Shown here in pieces: positions 54,279 to 63,891 of a stretch of 64,000 nt of DNA (position 1 is the first letter of the stretch; every line of letters starts with the position of its first letter). This DNA comes from a virus. Its lineage: Duplodnaviria; Caudoviricetes. A program made the translations under genes and the position numbers. A model generated the notes under the pieces. The model saw only the letters and a list, made by a program, of their open reading frames with translations. It ran no database searches and was not told the origin of the DNA. The stretch is taken from positions 13 to 64,012 of IMG/VR virus record IMGVR_UViG_3300020045_003166. One strand, written 5' to 3'.

Positions 54279-56351
54279 TCAGTTTCCCGATTGAATTGCA
54301 CGAATTATAGCCGATAAATCAGCGACCGTTTCTATTTTATTTGGGCGGACACGGCCACCTTGGGCGAACCGCTGGCCAAATTTAGCCTGTAAATCATCTA
54401 TCTCTTCTGGCGACAGATACTCATTGATAGTGTGTCCGGCTTCGGTCAGCTTCTGCTTTTCCAGTTCATTGAACGCATCTTGACTACGACGCAACCCCGT
54501 ATTCTGCAAGTCTCCCACATCACTCCACTTGCCAGATTTCACGAAGTCTTGGACCATCGGTAGGTATTCAGGGTTAGGAGCGCGATTTTGCTTACCTTTG
54601 ATTTGGACGATGCGAGGTGAAGATTGAGATGGATTAGCTTCTAGGAAGTCGTCAATCTCAGCAAAGGTAGGGTGTCTACCGAGTTGTTGTTGAAGCGTCT
54701 TGACGGCAGTATCTTCGTCATAAGGTGTTGAATCCACTCCAGTCTCAATAGTCACATGAGGCTGACCCTTCGCATCTCTCAGGGAATAGATACGCGAGCG
54801 TCCGCTAGCCACATCATCGCAATAGCCTCCCACGCAGTGACCCATAGTGTCGCCTTCGTATTTGAGGGCGTCGCGTAAGGCTGCATAACCTGGGCGATAA
54901 GTGTCGCTGATTGCGTCTGGGGTATCTCCACTTAGATCACCTTTCAACTCCACCCACTTCAACCCTTGCGGATTAGGAACTGACTTCTTTATGATCGAAG
55001 GATCAAGCGCAACAAGTGATGGGTGTTTAGACATTCCATCATTAATCAAAGCGCTGTCGAAACCCTGATTACGTAGCTCTTCCAGCATCTGGGGTGCTTC
55101 CTCAAACACCGCGTTGTCCCCTTGTTCAAGGTACTGGCCAGCCGGTGTTCCTTCTTGATGGATACCGAGCATCTTAGCCACGTTCTCTACGTCCGTGTCA
55201 GTGGCTGAACGTCTGGGTTCTAGATGATGCTGAGTTACCTTACCTCCGAAGTTCTGGCTGAACAACTCCGCCGCTACCTTGTCGGGCGTGAAGAAGTTAC
55301 CTTCCCCGGCTCGGAAGTACTTACCTTCAGGATACTCTTTGTGCAACACGGTCGCCGCGTTGTTAGCTCTCGCTTGATCGGCTTCAGCCTTCATCGCTGC
55401 TCGCCAAGCGTTGATGGCCGACACACGCTCCACGGCCTGAGGAACTGATACCTTAGAGAGTCGGTCCGCCGGGAACTGCAAATGGCGAGGTAGTCCCGAT
55501 TCAGGATTGATCGCGTTAGAGAGTTCGTCGATGAGGTGATTGAAGCCGAGGTTGTTAGAAATCGAGTTGTCCTTAGGAGACAGCACGGCCATCTCTTCCC
55601 CAGGTTTGTAAGGATTCGGATGATAGCTTTTACGGAGCATTGAATCGGATACGTTCTCCCAGGTTCCAGCTAATGGCGAGGTGTGCATCCCTTCCTTTGG
55701 GAAGCCTGATTCCATTCGAACTTCTTTTACGAAGGCCGGAGCGTTCGTTCCCCATATCTCACGAATAGAAGGGTCGTGGGTAATACCCTTCTCCGCCAAA
55801 GTCCTGATAGGATCTTCCGGAGTCGCCATCTCGTTTTTGATGTACTTAGCGAGAGGTTTGTCGATCCATTGATTGATGGCTTCTTCTTTTCCAGGATACT
55901 TTAAAGCGTTTTCAACAGCAGCGCGTTGAGTCTCTGATAATTGGTCAGCGTACGGACGTAACGCCTCTGGGTTATTCCAGCCTGTTTTCTTCAACCCCTT
56001 CAAAGCTCCTTCCACGGACCCTTCCAGCCAGTTACCTCCCTTGTTCTTGATCACTCCTCCCATCACGGCGAGCGGGGAAATACTCTTAGCGAGCATCGCC
56101 AGCTTAGTCGGTATCCCTGAGCCGATTAGGTCATCAGGACTGATCATGGGCGCTTCAAGCCCAGGCTCTACTTCGTATTCAGGTTGCCAACGCTCGGTAG
56201 AGGGAGCTTGGGACATCACTGAGGCTTTGCGAGAGGTCTCCGCTTGTCTCTGAGGGAGTTGGGCTTGATAACGAGCGAGGACGCCTTCAGGACGTACTGT
56301 ACCGCCAGAGGCGAAGGCTTTGGACCAAGGATTGACAGGTAAGGAGGGCAT
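54279..56351 (-). CDS. Multidomain protein: PcfJ-like C-terminal domain plus ADP-ribosyltransferase-like module
   Basis: YEGDTMGHCVGGY...IYSLRD..GQPHVTIE...QIKGKQN; FRAG..FFTPD..AA..F...GFDS...VALDPSIIK. Confidence 0.65.
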   Translation of the reverse strand: MPSLPVNPWSKAFASGGTVRPEGVLARYQAQLPQRQAETSRKASVMSQAPSTERWQPEYEVEPGLEAPMISPDDLIGSGIPTKLAMLAKSISPLAVMGGVIKNKGGNWLEGSVEGALKGLKKTGWNNPEALRPYADQLSETQRAAVENALKYPGKEEAINQWIDKPLAKYIKNEMATPEDPIRTLAEKGITHDPSIREIWGTNAPAFVKEVRMESGFPKEGMHTSPLAGTWENVSDSMLRKSYHPNPYKPGEEMAVLSPKDNSISNNLGFNHLIDELSNAINPESGLPRHLQFPADRLSKVSVPQAVERVSAINAWRAAMKAEADQARANNAATVLHKEYPEGKYFRAGEGNFFTPDKVAAELFSQNFGGKVTQHHLEPRRSATDTDVENVAKMLGIHQEGTPAGQYLEQGDNAVFEEAPQMLEELRNQGFDSALINDGMSKHPSLVALDPSIIKKSVPNPQGLKWVELKGDLSGDTPDAISDTYRPGYAALRDALKYEGDTMGHCVGGYCDDVASGRSRIYSLRDAKGQPHVTIETGVDSTPYDEDTAVKTLQQQLGRHPTFAEIDDFLEANPSQSSPRIVQIKGKQNRAPNPEYLPMVQDFVKSGKWSDVGDLQNTGLRRSQDAFNELEKQKLTEAGHTINEYLSPEEIDDLQAKFGQRFAQGGRVRPNKIETVADLSAIIRAIQSGN

Positions 56352-56388
56352 GGAAGCAACCTTGAGTAAGATTGCTCCCGATTATACT

Positions 56389-56649
56389 TTATTCTTCAGC
56401 CGAAGGCAACTCAACACTCTTCCGAGGTTTGCTGATAGGTCTCACGGGGTACAGCGAGCACTTGGTCACGGCGCAGGCTTCCACTTGCTGACGCCAGTTG
56501 CCTTCACCCTTCGCATTCTCATCGTAGATACAATCTTTGCAATGCGCGTTTATTGCACCGCGAAGGCTTAGCTTAGGTGCTCGAGTGGCTGTCTCGCCAC
56601 CTTCTTCGCTTTCGTCTTCTTCCTCAATAGCACGGGTTAGGTCATTCAT
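56389..56649 (-). CDS. Small Cys-rich phage protein
   Basis: AINAHCKDCIYD...VEAC....CSLYPVRP; AGGAG RBS. Confidence 0.75.
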   Translation of the reverse strand: MNDLTRAIEEEDESEEGGETATRAPKLSLRGAINAHCKDCIYDENAKGEGNWRQQVEACAVTKCSLYPVRPISKPRKSVELPSAEE

Positions 56650-56683
56650 AGTTATCTCCTGTAAAAGTACTAATTATACCTCG

Positions 56684-58252
56684 TTAACTGGCGTATGGAT
56701 TCATTCGAGCGGATTTAGATTTGTATTCAACCTCCTCAATTTCATCCTCATCGGTCTCGGGCATCTCCAGCTGTCCTCCATCACGCAAGAACGTCAGGGC
56801 CTGAGTGTAAGTATCCACGTAGTCATCGTGTTCAGCGTTAGGGAACAGCTCCACTTGATTGACGAAGGGTCTTGCCCAGGTCACGAACTTACCAGCGTCC
56901 TTGTTTGATTCAAGGATGTAGATGTTGTCCAACTCATGCACGGCTGATACCGCATGGGCGCGAGCGATCTTGGACATCCGTCCTGGGTTGTACGGCACGG
57001 CCGGTATCTTGGCTCGTCTCAAGTCTTGAAGGATACTGATACCTGACGACTTGTTCTCCACCAGGATAGCGTCTGCCTTCTTGCCTCGACGCTCATCGGT
57101 CTTACCGTACAGTGAATGCCAGTCCGCCAAGACCTTCTTGCGGAAGTCAGGATAGCCCAGGTGATCGTCCCAGGCATCTAGCAAGATAGCCCCACGTATT
57201 CCTCGCTCCTCGAAGATGCCCCAGACGGTACAGGCTGACGGGTCATTGCTAGACGTCGCGTCGTCATCGTAGGCACCATCGTAGCTCTGCACGACGTACT
57301 CGAAGGCGGGGAGCTTCCACTTGACAGGCCAGAGCTGGAAGTGTTTGATCTTCAGGATACCACCACCTGCCGGAGCCGGTCTCTGTTGCATCTGCCCGGC
57401 ATAGGCCTGCTCACCCAGGGCTTTCTTGTAGGTCGCCACCGTGTTGGGTCCGAAACGTTCAGGGAACATCAGCTCCCCTTCGGTCTTGCGTGGGTCAGTG
57501 AAGCCAATGGACGTACGACACGACCGAGCCTTCTCGTATTCCATAGGTAGCATCAGGTGCTCGTACCCCAGCATCTCTTTCAAGATAATACCACTGGGAT
57601 CCTTCTCGTGTAACCGTTGCATGATAACCACGATGGCCGACTCGTCATTATTGACTCGAGTGGGTAGGGCTTCACGGAAGGTGGATTCACACGCAGCGAG
57701 TGCGGCATCGCTGTTAGCATCGTCTACGCTCAGCGGATCGTCTAGGGTGACGCGGTCTCCCCGTGAGCCGGTCATTGAAGTGAAAGCCATCGCTTCCCGG
57801 AAGCCGGTCTTGTCATTCTCGAACTTGGTCTTGGCGTTCTGGTCTCCCATCAGGAGGATTGGCCAACGCTCTTGATACCAGTCGGATTGAATGAGGCGTC
57901 GGCATTTGATGTTGTCACGCACGGCCAGGTCTTGCTTGTGAGCCGTACTCAGGAAGCGCATGTACGGCATATTCAACGGACCCCACTCCCACGCTGGCCA
58001 GAAGACGTTCGTGAGTAGGGACTTCATTGAACCGGGCGGGACGTTCATCAGCAACCTGAAGATGTCCTTGTCGCTCACGGCTTGAAGGTGTAGGCATATA
58101 GCGTCTAGTGCCCAGCCCCACTTGAGTTCAGTGGAAGGCTCTATCACCTGCCAGGCTTGCTTGACGAAGGCTGACAGGGAGGCTTCAGCTTGGCGCACCT
58201 CTCGCTCACGGCGCACCGCATCCAGCATAATGATAGGGCTTACTTCACTCAT
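56684..58252 (-). CDS. terL: Terminase large subunit
   Basis: LLMNVPPGSMKS (Walker A), VTLDDP (Walker B), QSYD, LVENKSSG, HDDYVDT. Confidence 0.92.
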   Translation of the reverse strand: MSEVSPIIMLDAVRREREVRQAEASLSAFVKQAWQVIEPSTELKWGWALDAICLHLQAVSDKDIFRLLMNVPPGSMKSLLTNVFWPAWEWGPLNMPYMRFLSTAHKQDLAVRDNIKCRRLIQSDWYQERWPILLMGDQNAKTKFENDKTGFREAMAFTSMTGSRGDRVTLDDPLSVDDANSDAALAACESTFREALPTRVNNDESAIVVIMQRLHEKDPSGIILKEMLGYEHLMLPMEYEKARSCRTSIGFTDPRKTEGELMFPERFGPNTVATYKKALGEQAYAGQMQQRPAPAGGGILKIKHFQLWPVKWKLPAFEYVVQSYDGAYDDDATSSNDPSACTVWGIFEERGIRGAILLDAWDDHLGYPDFRKKVLADWHSLYGKTDERRGKKADAILVENKSSGISILQDLRRAKIPAVPYNPGRMSKIARAHAVSAVHELDNIYILESNKDAGKFVTWARPFVNQVELFPNAEHDDYVDTYTQALTFLRDGGQLEMPETDEDEIEEVEYKSKSARMNPYAS

Positions 58253-59174
58253 CGCCCATCTTCTTCAGCAATGATTCAAGGGTCTTCAGTTCTTTCTCGG
58301 TCAAACCCTTCAGCGCCTTAGCATCTATCTTAGGAGCCGAGATGTCCTTGGTCTCCAGCTCTTGTCGCACGGGCACCTTACGGTGTACGTAGTCCATCAA
58401 GGTTCTTGCCGCCGTGATACGATCCCCGGTCCTCACGTTCTCGCTACGGTAGGTACGCGCCAGGAACTCCAGCGGCATCTCCCCGGAAGCCTGTAGCCAG
58501 CGCACGGTCGCCGCTTGAGTGTCGTCCAGCCCATCCGCTTGACTAGGTAGGTCACCGGCTTCAATATCCAGACCCATCGCTTGATTCAGCATGCGACGTT
58601 CCTTCTGTATCTCGGGTGCCAGCGCACAGACCGTGTCGATCATCTGCTGAGTCTCGTACTCGAAGATCCATTCCTCCATCCAATGGAAATGTTCAATGTC
58701 GTCTTCAAAGCGGAGGGTCGGACGATGACCCCAGACCTGCTGAACCTTCTTGTACAGCTTCGTTGAGCTCTTGATCTGTTCAGCCTTGGGCTGAGTCGCC
58801 AGGGCTTCGTCTATCCTCTTGCGTAAGTGTAGCGGACAGGCTTCGTACCAGGACCAGGCGTTCCACTCTTCAATCGGTGCATAGAAGCTGATTGGCATCA
58901 CGACGCGACGACTGACGAACTCCGGATCGATACGGTGCGGGAACATAGTGCTCCAGAAGGCGGCTCCTTGCTCGTCTCCGGTAAGCGAGTCCCACCACTC
59001 CCGAGTGTATTGACCGTCATCCGTCGGAGTAACCGAGGTGGGTGAGAACGCCGGAACGCGGTATTGCGCAATCTTCACTCGGATGTCCAACGGTAAGTAG
59101 TCATACTTCGGACACGACGGCGATGGGAAGGTCGACAAGCAATGCCGATTACGGTAATTCAACTCTCTACTCAT
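58245..59174 (-). CDS. terS: Terminase small subunit with long N-terminal extension
   Basis: C-terminal MPLEFL...RITAARTLMDYVHRK; directly upstream of terL. Confidence 0.7.
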   Translation of the reverse strand: MSRELNYRNRHCLSTFPSPSCPKYDYLPLDIRVKIAQYRVPAFSPTSVTPTDDGQYTREWWDSLTGDEQGAAFWSTMFPHRIDPEFVSRRVVMPISFYAPIEEWNAWSWYEACPLHLRKRIDEALATQPKAEQIKSSTKLYKKVQQVWGHRPTLRFEDDIEHFHWMEEWIFEYETQQMIDTVCALAPEIQKERRMLNQAMGLDIEAGDLPSQADGLDDTQAATVRWLQASGEMPLEFLARTYRSENVRTGDRITAARTLMDYVHRKVPVRQELETKDISAPKIDAKALKGLTEKELKTLESLLKKMGDE

Positions 59175-59314
59175 TCAGTATCTCCTAAGCGCTGATTACG
59201 CTGATTGCACTATTATACCTTGAAACCGCTCCGACACGCCAAAAACCACCCGTTTTAACAGCCCCCACATGCCCCTAACCGAAAGTATTTAGGGGTAAAT
59301 ACTTTTAAGTGACC

Positions 59315-59610
59315 AGGGGGTATAGTCGGAATTAGGGGGTATACCGAGGGGTCAAAACAAAATTCTATACCCCCTAGTGAACCCCCCATGACCCCCCAAC
59401 TCATTACTCTATAGAGCCCCTCTTTTTAGGGGGTATAGGGGGTATAGAAAGAGAAGAAGATTAACCGATAAAAACGTAAAAGTTAACCTCTGTATTCTAT
59501 ACCCCCTAATGACTTATACCCCCTAATCCTCTATCCCTAACTCTCCATAGCTTTCGTTACCCATTTTACCATGCCCCCAATACCCCCTAATTTCTCTTCA
59601 TACCCCCTAA
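59315..59610. repeat. Cluster of about 9 (T)AGGGGGTA(TA) / (TA)TACCCCCTA boxes in both orientations; probable replication origin
   Basis: Copies at 59315, 59333, 59366, 59427, 59436, 59498, 59515, 59581, 59601. Confidence 0.8.
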
Positions 59611-59612
59611 TT

Positions 59613-62075
59613 CTACTGCACGATGGTTTCCATCCGATAAGCTGACCGCTTCTCCACCGTATAGCTCACCAGTCTCCAGAGCACCCCTTCTTTATCCATA
59701 AAGGGGAAATCTTTCACGGCATTCAGGGCGTATCCGCATCTAAAATTCAAGTCTTGCTTTGGTCGCTTACTCAGGATATTCACCCAGGCTTCTTGTTCAG
59801 ACTCCGGACCGATATTCACCGCTAAATCGGTCGACCTAAAATACTTCCCAGTCTTACTCAGCGGACTCCGCATTCCCGTTACCCACAGGTGATGGACAAA
59901 CTCCAGAAAGCTATAACGAGACTCTTCCGCCGAGTCTATTGTGCGATCTTCATCCTCCATGGCCGGAGGCGCAACGTCCATGTGACAAATCATCATTACC
60001 GTACGACGCACCATGTAGTCCCACATCTTAAATCGGTGATTCGGTTTCCAATCTCCGTCCCCTTGCTCCATCGCCCATTTGATCATACCGATGGCGGCAG
60101 AGACCATCTTAGAGCGGTTTTGCAGCGTGTGTCCTACCACGTCCATGTAACGGAACTTGCGATTGGGATCGAGGTTGGTTCTCGCCAGTCTAATAAACAC
60201 CGAGCGGGTTTGTAGGTCTAGTGACGGAGCGGTATTTACCCCGTTGAGGAGGAACATAGTATTGTTAGGTACGCTACGCGTCTCATTCGTACCCAACACT
60301 CGGAACTCGGGATTGGTAGAAGTCAAGGCTTCCGTCAAGGCGGCACTGCGGAACTCTCCGTCGTGATTATCCAACGTCACCACACGCCGACCTCGGGACA
60401 AGATGGCCGAGAGTTGCTTCTCTTGCTCTTCGTCGTTACCACCTCTAGATAGCTGACCCAGGGACTGTTCGACTCCCGCCGAAGCCGCGATAACTCCGCT
60501 CAAGACGCTCTTACCGTCGCTGTACTGCGACGACGTAATGACGTACATAGGACAAATGTCTAACACCGGGCGGATCACCGCCGTCAAGATAGCCGACAGC
60601 GACGCCGCATAGTAACGTCCGGCTCCTCCACCAATGAAAGGAAAGTCTATCAAGACGTCCTTGATAATCGGAATCGCTTCGTCCGGGAACATCGGCTGCA
60701 CGGCGAACTCACAGGCCGAGAACAACTTCAACTCCTCATCGTATCCCCAAGCGGAATCTATGATACGACCCGAGGAAGTAATCAACGGCGTGTTACTCAC
60801 TCCTCGCAGTTCCGGGAGCATTCCCTTGTACGTCGCGGGATCGGATATTTCCATCGCCAGGGACGTCGGGCACTTGATGTCTTGGTCATTCAAGATACCG
60901 GTCGCCTTGTCCATCACGGATTGGGAGAACCGTATCTCTCGCGTCAGCCAAGACGCCGCCGTGACCCCCTTAGACAACGCCGTGATATGGGCTTTCGTAC
61001 CGACCTTGTTCACCACACAGGCTTGCCCGGCCATCTGGTAAAACTTCTCGCTTTGGACCATCGCCGATAGAGTGTGGTCTATCCACAACGGTTCTTTAGA
61101 GGTAATGATCTTTACGGCAGGGCGAGCGTCGTCGATCTCTTTACTACCGAACTTGAACGTCTTACTCAGCCACTTGCAAAGCGCCTTGGGCCAGCGATCA
61201 CTGTTATATAGGTAACCGATACCGGCAATGTTTTCCCCTTCCGCATGGCGTGCCCGAGACGTCTTCAAAGACGCCAACCGATCCTCGATACCGGTCTGGC
61301 CGGACTGATCGGCGATGTAGCGCACCGACTTCTCTATTAACTCGTCGGGTATCCCCGCCGCGATCATAAATCCACACCAGTACATCATGTCTTCGTGGAA
61401 CTTACCGCTCTGGAAGTGTGCTACGGAATGGAAAGAAGCCTTGGCGACCCGAATGCACTGATTCAAATAGTCCCGAGTTGTTTCCGGGATCGGACCCTTA
61501 GGAACCTGAGTGGAGTTACCTTCCCACCGTACACTATCAATTATATAACCAAGCTTGTGGTCTACTATCGTACTCGTAGGTGCCATCGTCTGGCCGCCAT
61601 TAGTGCGGAGTTCAATAGCGCCGTTACCCGTAGGACGCTCCACCGTGATGTTGCGCCCTGGGTCACTCACTTTGTATAGCCAGTGGGCTAGCTGTTGTTT
61701 ACCGTCACCATAGTAGCGACCGAACTTGAATGGCGTAGGTGGGAGGAACAGTGGGAGGATGTCTATCAGTTCCCGATCATCAATATCGACATCGCAGATG
61801 TTATTGCCGGTCTCGCCGGTGATGATACCTATGTTATGGTAGCCTGTGAAGTCCGTTACGTGAGGAACCGGACGCTTTTGCCATTCATCCCCCACCGGCG
61901 CTTTCAGTCCGGGGTGGAGCATCACCGGGCGGAAGCCTGATTCAATTAGCTGGTGATAGGTAGATCGTATGAGTTCTTGATGCTTGAGTTGTTCGTAACC
62001 TTCTTCCCTGAGTCTTGATTGAGCCTGAGTTGAGGTCAATGCCTTCGGCTTCATCTTTACTACATTCGTATTCAT
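59613..62075 (-). CDS. Primase (Prim-Pol/AEP N-terminus) with C-terminal NTPase-like domain
   Basis: LHPGLKAP..W, NIGIITG....CDVDID, IELR..G.QT.AP.S; later DGKS and VVTLDN. Confidence 0.8.
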   Translation of the reverse strand: MNTNVVKMKPKALTSTQAQSRLREEGYEQLKHQELIRSTYHQLIESGFRPVMLHPGLKAPVGDEWQKRPVPHVTDFTGYHNIGIITGETGNNICDVDIDDRELIDILPLFLPPTPFKFGRYYGDGKQQLAHWLYKVSDPGRNITVERPTGNGAIELRTNGGQTMAPTSTIVDHKLGYIIDSVRWEGNSTQVPKGPIPETTRDYLNQCIRVAKASFHSVAHFQSGKFHEDMMYWCGFMIAAGIPDELIEKSVRYIADQSGQTGIEDRLASLKTSRARHAEGENIAGIGYLYNSDRWPKALCKWLSKTFKFGSKEIDDARPAVKIITSKEPLWIDHTLSAMVQSEKFYQMAGQACVVNKVGTKAHITALSKGVTAASWLTREIRFSQSVMDKATGILNDQDIKCPTSLAMEISDPATYKGMLPELRGVSNTPLITSSGRIIDSAWGYDEELKLFSACEFAVQPMFPDEAIPIIKDVLIDFPFIGGGAGRYYAASLSAILTAVIRPVLDICPMYVITSSQYSDGKSVLSGVIAASAGVEQSLGQLSRGGNDEEQEKQLSAILSRGRRVVTLDNHDGEFRSAALTEALTSTNPEFRVLGTNETRSVPNNTMFLLNGVNTAPSLDLQTRSVFIRLARTNLDPNRKFRYMDVVGHTLQNRSKMVSAAIGMIKWAMEQGDGDWKPNHRFKMWDYMVRRTVMMICHMDVAPPAMEDEDRTIDSAEESRYSFLEFVHHLWVTGMRSPLSKTGKYFRSTDLAVNIGPESEQEAWVNILSKRPKQDLNFRCGYALNAVKDFPFMDKEGVLWRLVSYTVEKRSAYRMETIVQ

Positions 62076-62260
62076 GTTCTTATCCGGTCGACGTTATCCG
62101 GTTATGGGGAGAGAACTCCCAGGGAACATCTCCCCAGGAGCACTCAAGTGCGGTAGCGATCCGCGAAATGGTGACCGGAAGACACCACCTCTCAATTATG
62201 CGCTCTTTTGATTCAAAACACCAAGTTGATTAAAAATGTTCTGCGCAGCTTATCACTTCG

Positions 62261-63772
62261 TCAGAAGTGTTCTTTCAACACTTCAGCATACTTACCTCGT
62301 TTGCGTATGGTCACGGCTCGAGGTTCCGGGAGACCCCAGCACATTACCTTAGCTCGCTCGGCACTTCGGGGCGCGTCGGCTCCTCGCAAAGCAAACCACT
62401 CTTCAGCCATTTTCCTAGCATAGCCTCCGTATTCAGGACAAACAAATTTATTCGCACTGATTATTGCGCCTCCCGTAATTTGACATTGATATACTACCAT
62501 GAGTAAGTGAGTACCTTCAATGCTTTTGCTTTGCAATACGACGTAAGTCATGCCTCGGACTATTCCTTCCATACCGCCGGGAGAGGCAAGCATAGGATCC
62601 AGGTCGGTCACCTCATCAACGGTCTTGATTTTGCGAGCTACTCCGGGCTTCGGCTTAGGAGATACCTTCGTGACCTTGCCCGACTTGGTCTCTTGGTAAG
62701 CGTCTTCCATACCGACGCAGATACCGCCGTGGAGCGCTAGGTTACCCGAGTAATCTATCACCAGACAGTTTTTCTTACCGGCAATCGCTCTAGTTCCGCG
62801 ACCAAGCATTTGCTGCCAAAAGGAAAGAGACGTCGTGGGTCGGATGCAGACTATGCAATCCAGCTGTTTGAAGTTGAACCCGGTACTCAGCACGTTGACT
62901 GAACACATCACCGGGAACTTACCCGCTTTCCATGCGTCCAGGCGTCCGGTGCGGTCTTCCGTATCGCCGACGACTACCGAGGCCGGTTTTCCGGCTTCCG
63001 TAAACATCTCAGCAGCGCGTTCGGCGGTAGCTACCGTGGGACAGAAGACCGCGATGTGTTTCCTACCCGAAGCCAATTCCTTGACGCTTTCCACTACCGC
63101 CTTGAGCCACGCGTCGGTCTCCAACTCTTCTACCGACCGTTGGTCAAACTCCCCGGCGAGCTTTTTGAGCTTCTTAGTGTCGAGCGTGATATTGGCATTC
63201 ACTCCGATGAGAGGCGCTAGGTAGCCTTCCCGCACTAACTCTAGTATATCCGTCTCGTAACACAAGTCCGTGAAGTATTTCCCATCGCCCCAGACCGGAC
63301 CGTCCATACGGAACGGGGTAGCCGACAAACCCACTCGGTAGGCGTCTGGGAAGGCAGCGAAAGTCGTGGGGTAGAACTTGGCATCGCTGTCACGTTCGGC
63401 GCACAGGTGACACTCATCCACAATAATTAGATCAAAGGGCACGATCTCCCCTCGCTTGGCAGGACCGTACAACGACTGAACACTGGCGAACAACACGTCG
63501 TGCCCTTTGTCCGTCCGCTCAAGTCCGGCACACAAGACGCCCGGTTCAATCCCGGTCAGCGCGATAAACTCCAAAGAATTCTGTTGGACTAATTCTGCCA
63601 CGTGGGTGGCTATAAGAACGCGTCCGCCTTTCGCCAGGATCTTTTCCGCCAACCGAGCGATGACCAAACTCTTACCGCTGCCCGTGGCCATACTGACCAC
63701 CGGATGGTCTCCTCGGCGTAAGGCTTGCCAGACCGAATCAACGGCTTCCTCCTGATACTTTCGTAATTTCAT
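62261..63772 (-). CDS. Superfamily 2 (DExH) helicase
   Basis: LRKYQ, ATGSGKS, VDECH, GLSATPFR, NVLSTGFN, QQMLGRGTR; GAGG RBS before ATG 63772. Confidence 0.92.
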   Translation of the reverse strand: MKLRKYQEEAVDSVWQALRRGDHPVVSMATGSGKSLVIARLAEKILAKGGRVLIATHVAELVQQNSLEFIALTGIEPGVLCAGLERTDKGHDVLFASVQSLYGPAKRGEIVPFDLIIVDECHLCAERDSDAKFYPTTFAAFPDAYRVGLSATPFRMDGPVWGDGKYFTDLCYETDILELVREGYLAPLIGVNANITLDTKKLKKLAGEFDQRSVEELETDAWLKAVVESVKELASGRKHIAVFCPTVATAERAAEMFTEAGKPASVVVGDTEDRTGRLDAWKAGKFPVMCSVNVLSTGFNFKQLDCIVCIRPTTSLSFWQQMLGRGTRAIAGKKNCLVIDYSGNLALHGGICVGMEDAYQETKSGKVTKVSPKPKPGVARKIKTVDEVTDLDPMLASPGGMEGIVRGMTYVVLQSKSIEGTHLLMVVYQCQITGGAIISANKFVCPEYGGYARKMAEEWFALRGADAPRSAERAKVMCWGLPEPRAVTIRKRGKYAEVLKEHF

Positions 63773-63891
63773 GTTGTTCCTCATTCAAGGTAAGAACCCA
63801 CCTAGAGCCTCCGAGAAGGGATTATCGCGTTTGCTTAGGTATTGCTATAGCTATTCAGTCAATCGCCAAACCTCGTAATTCAACCTATCAG

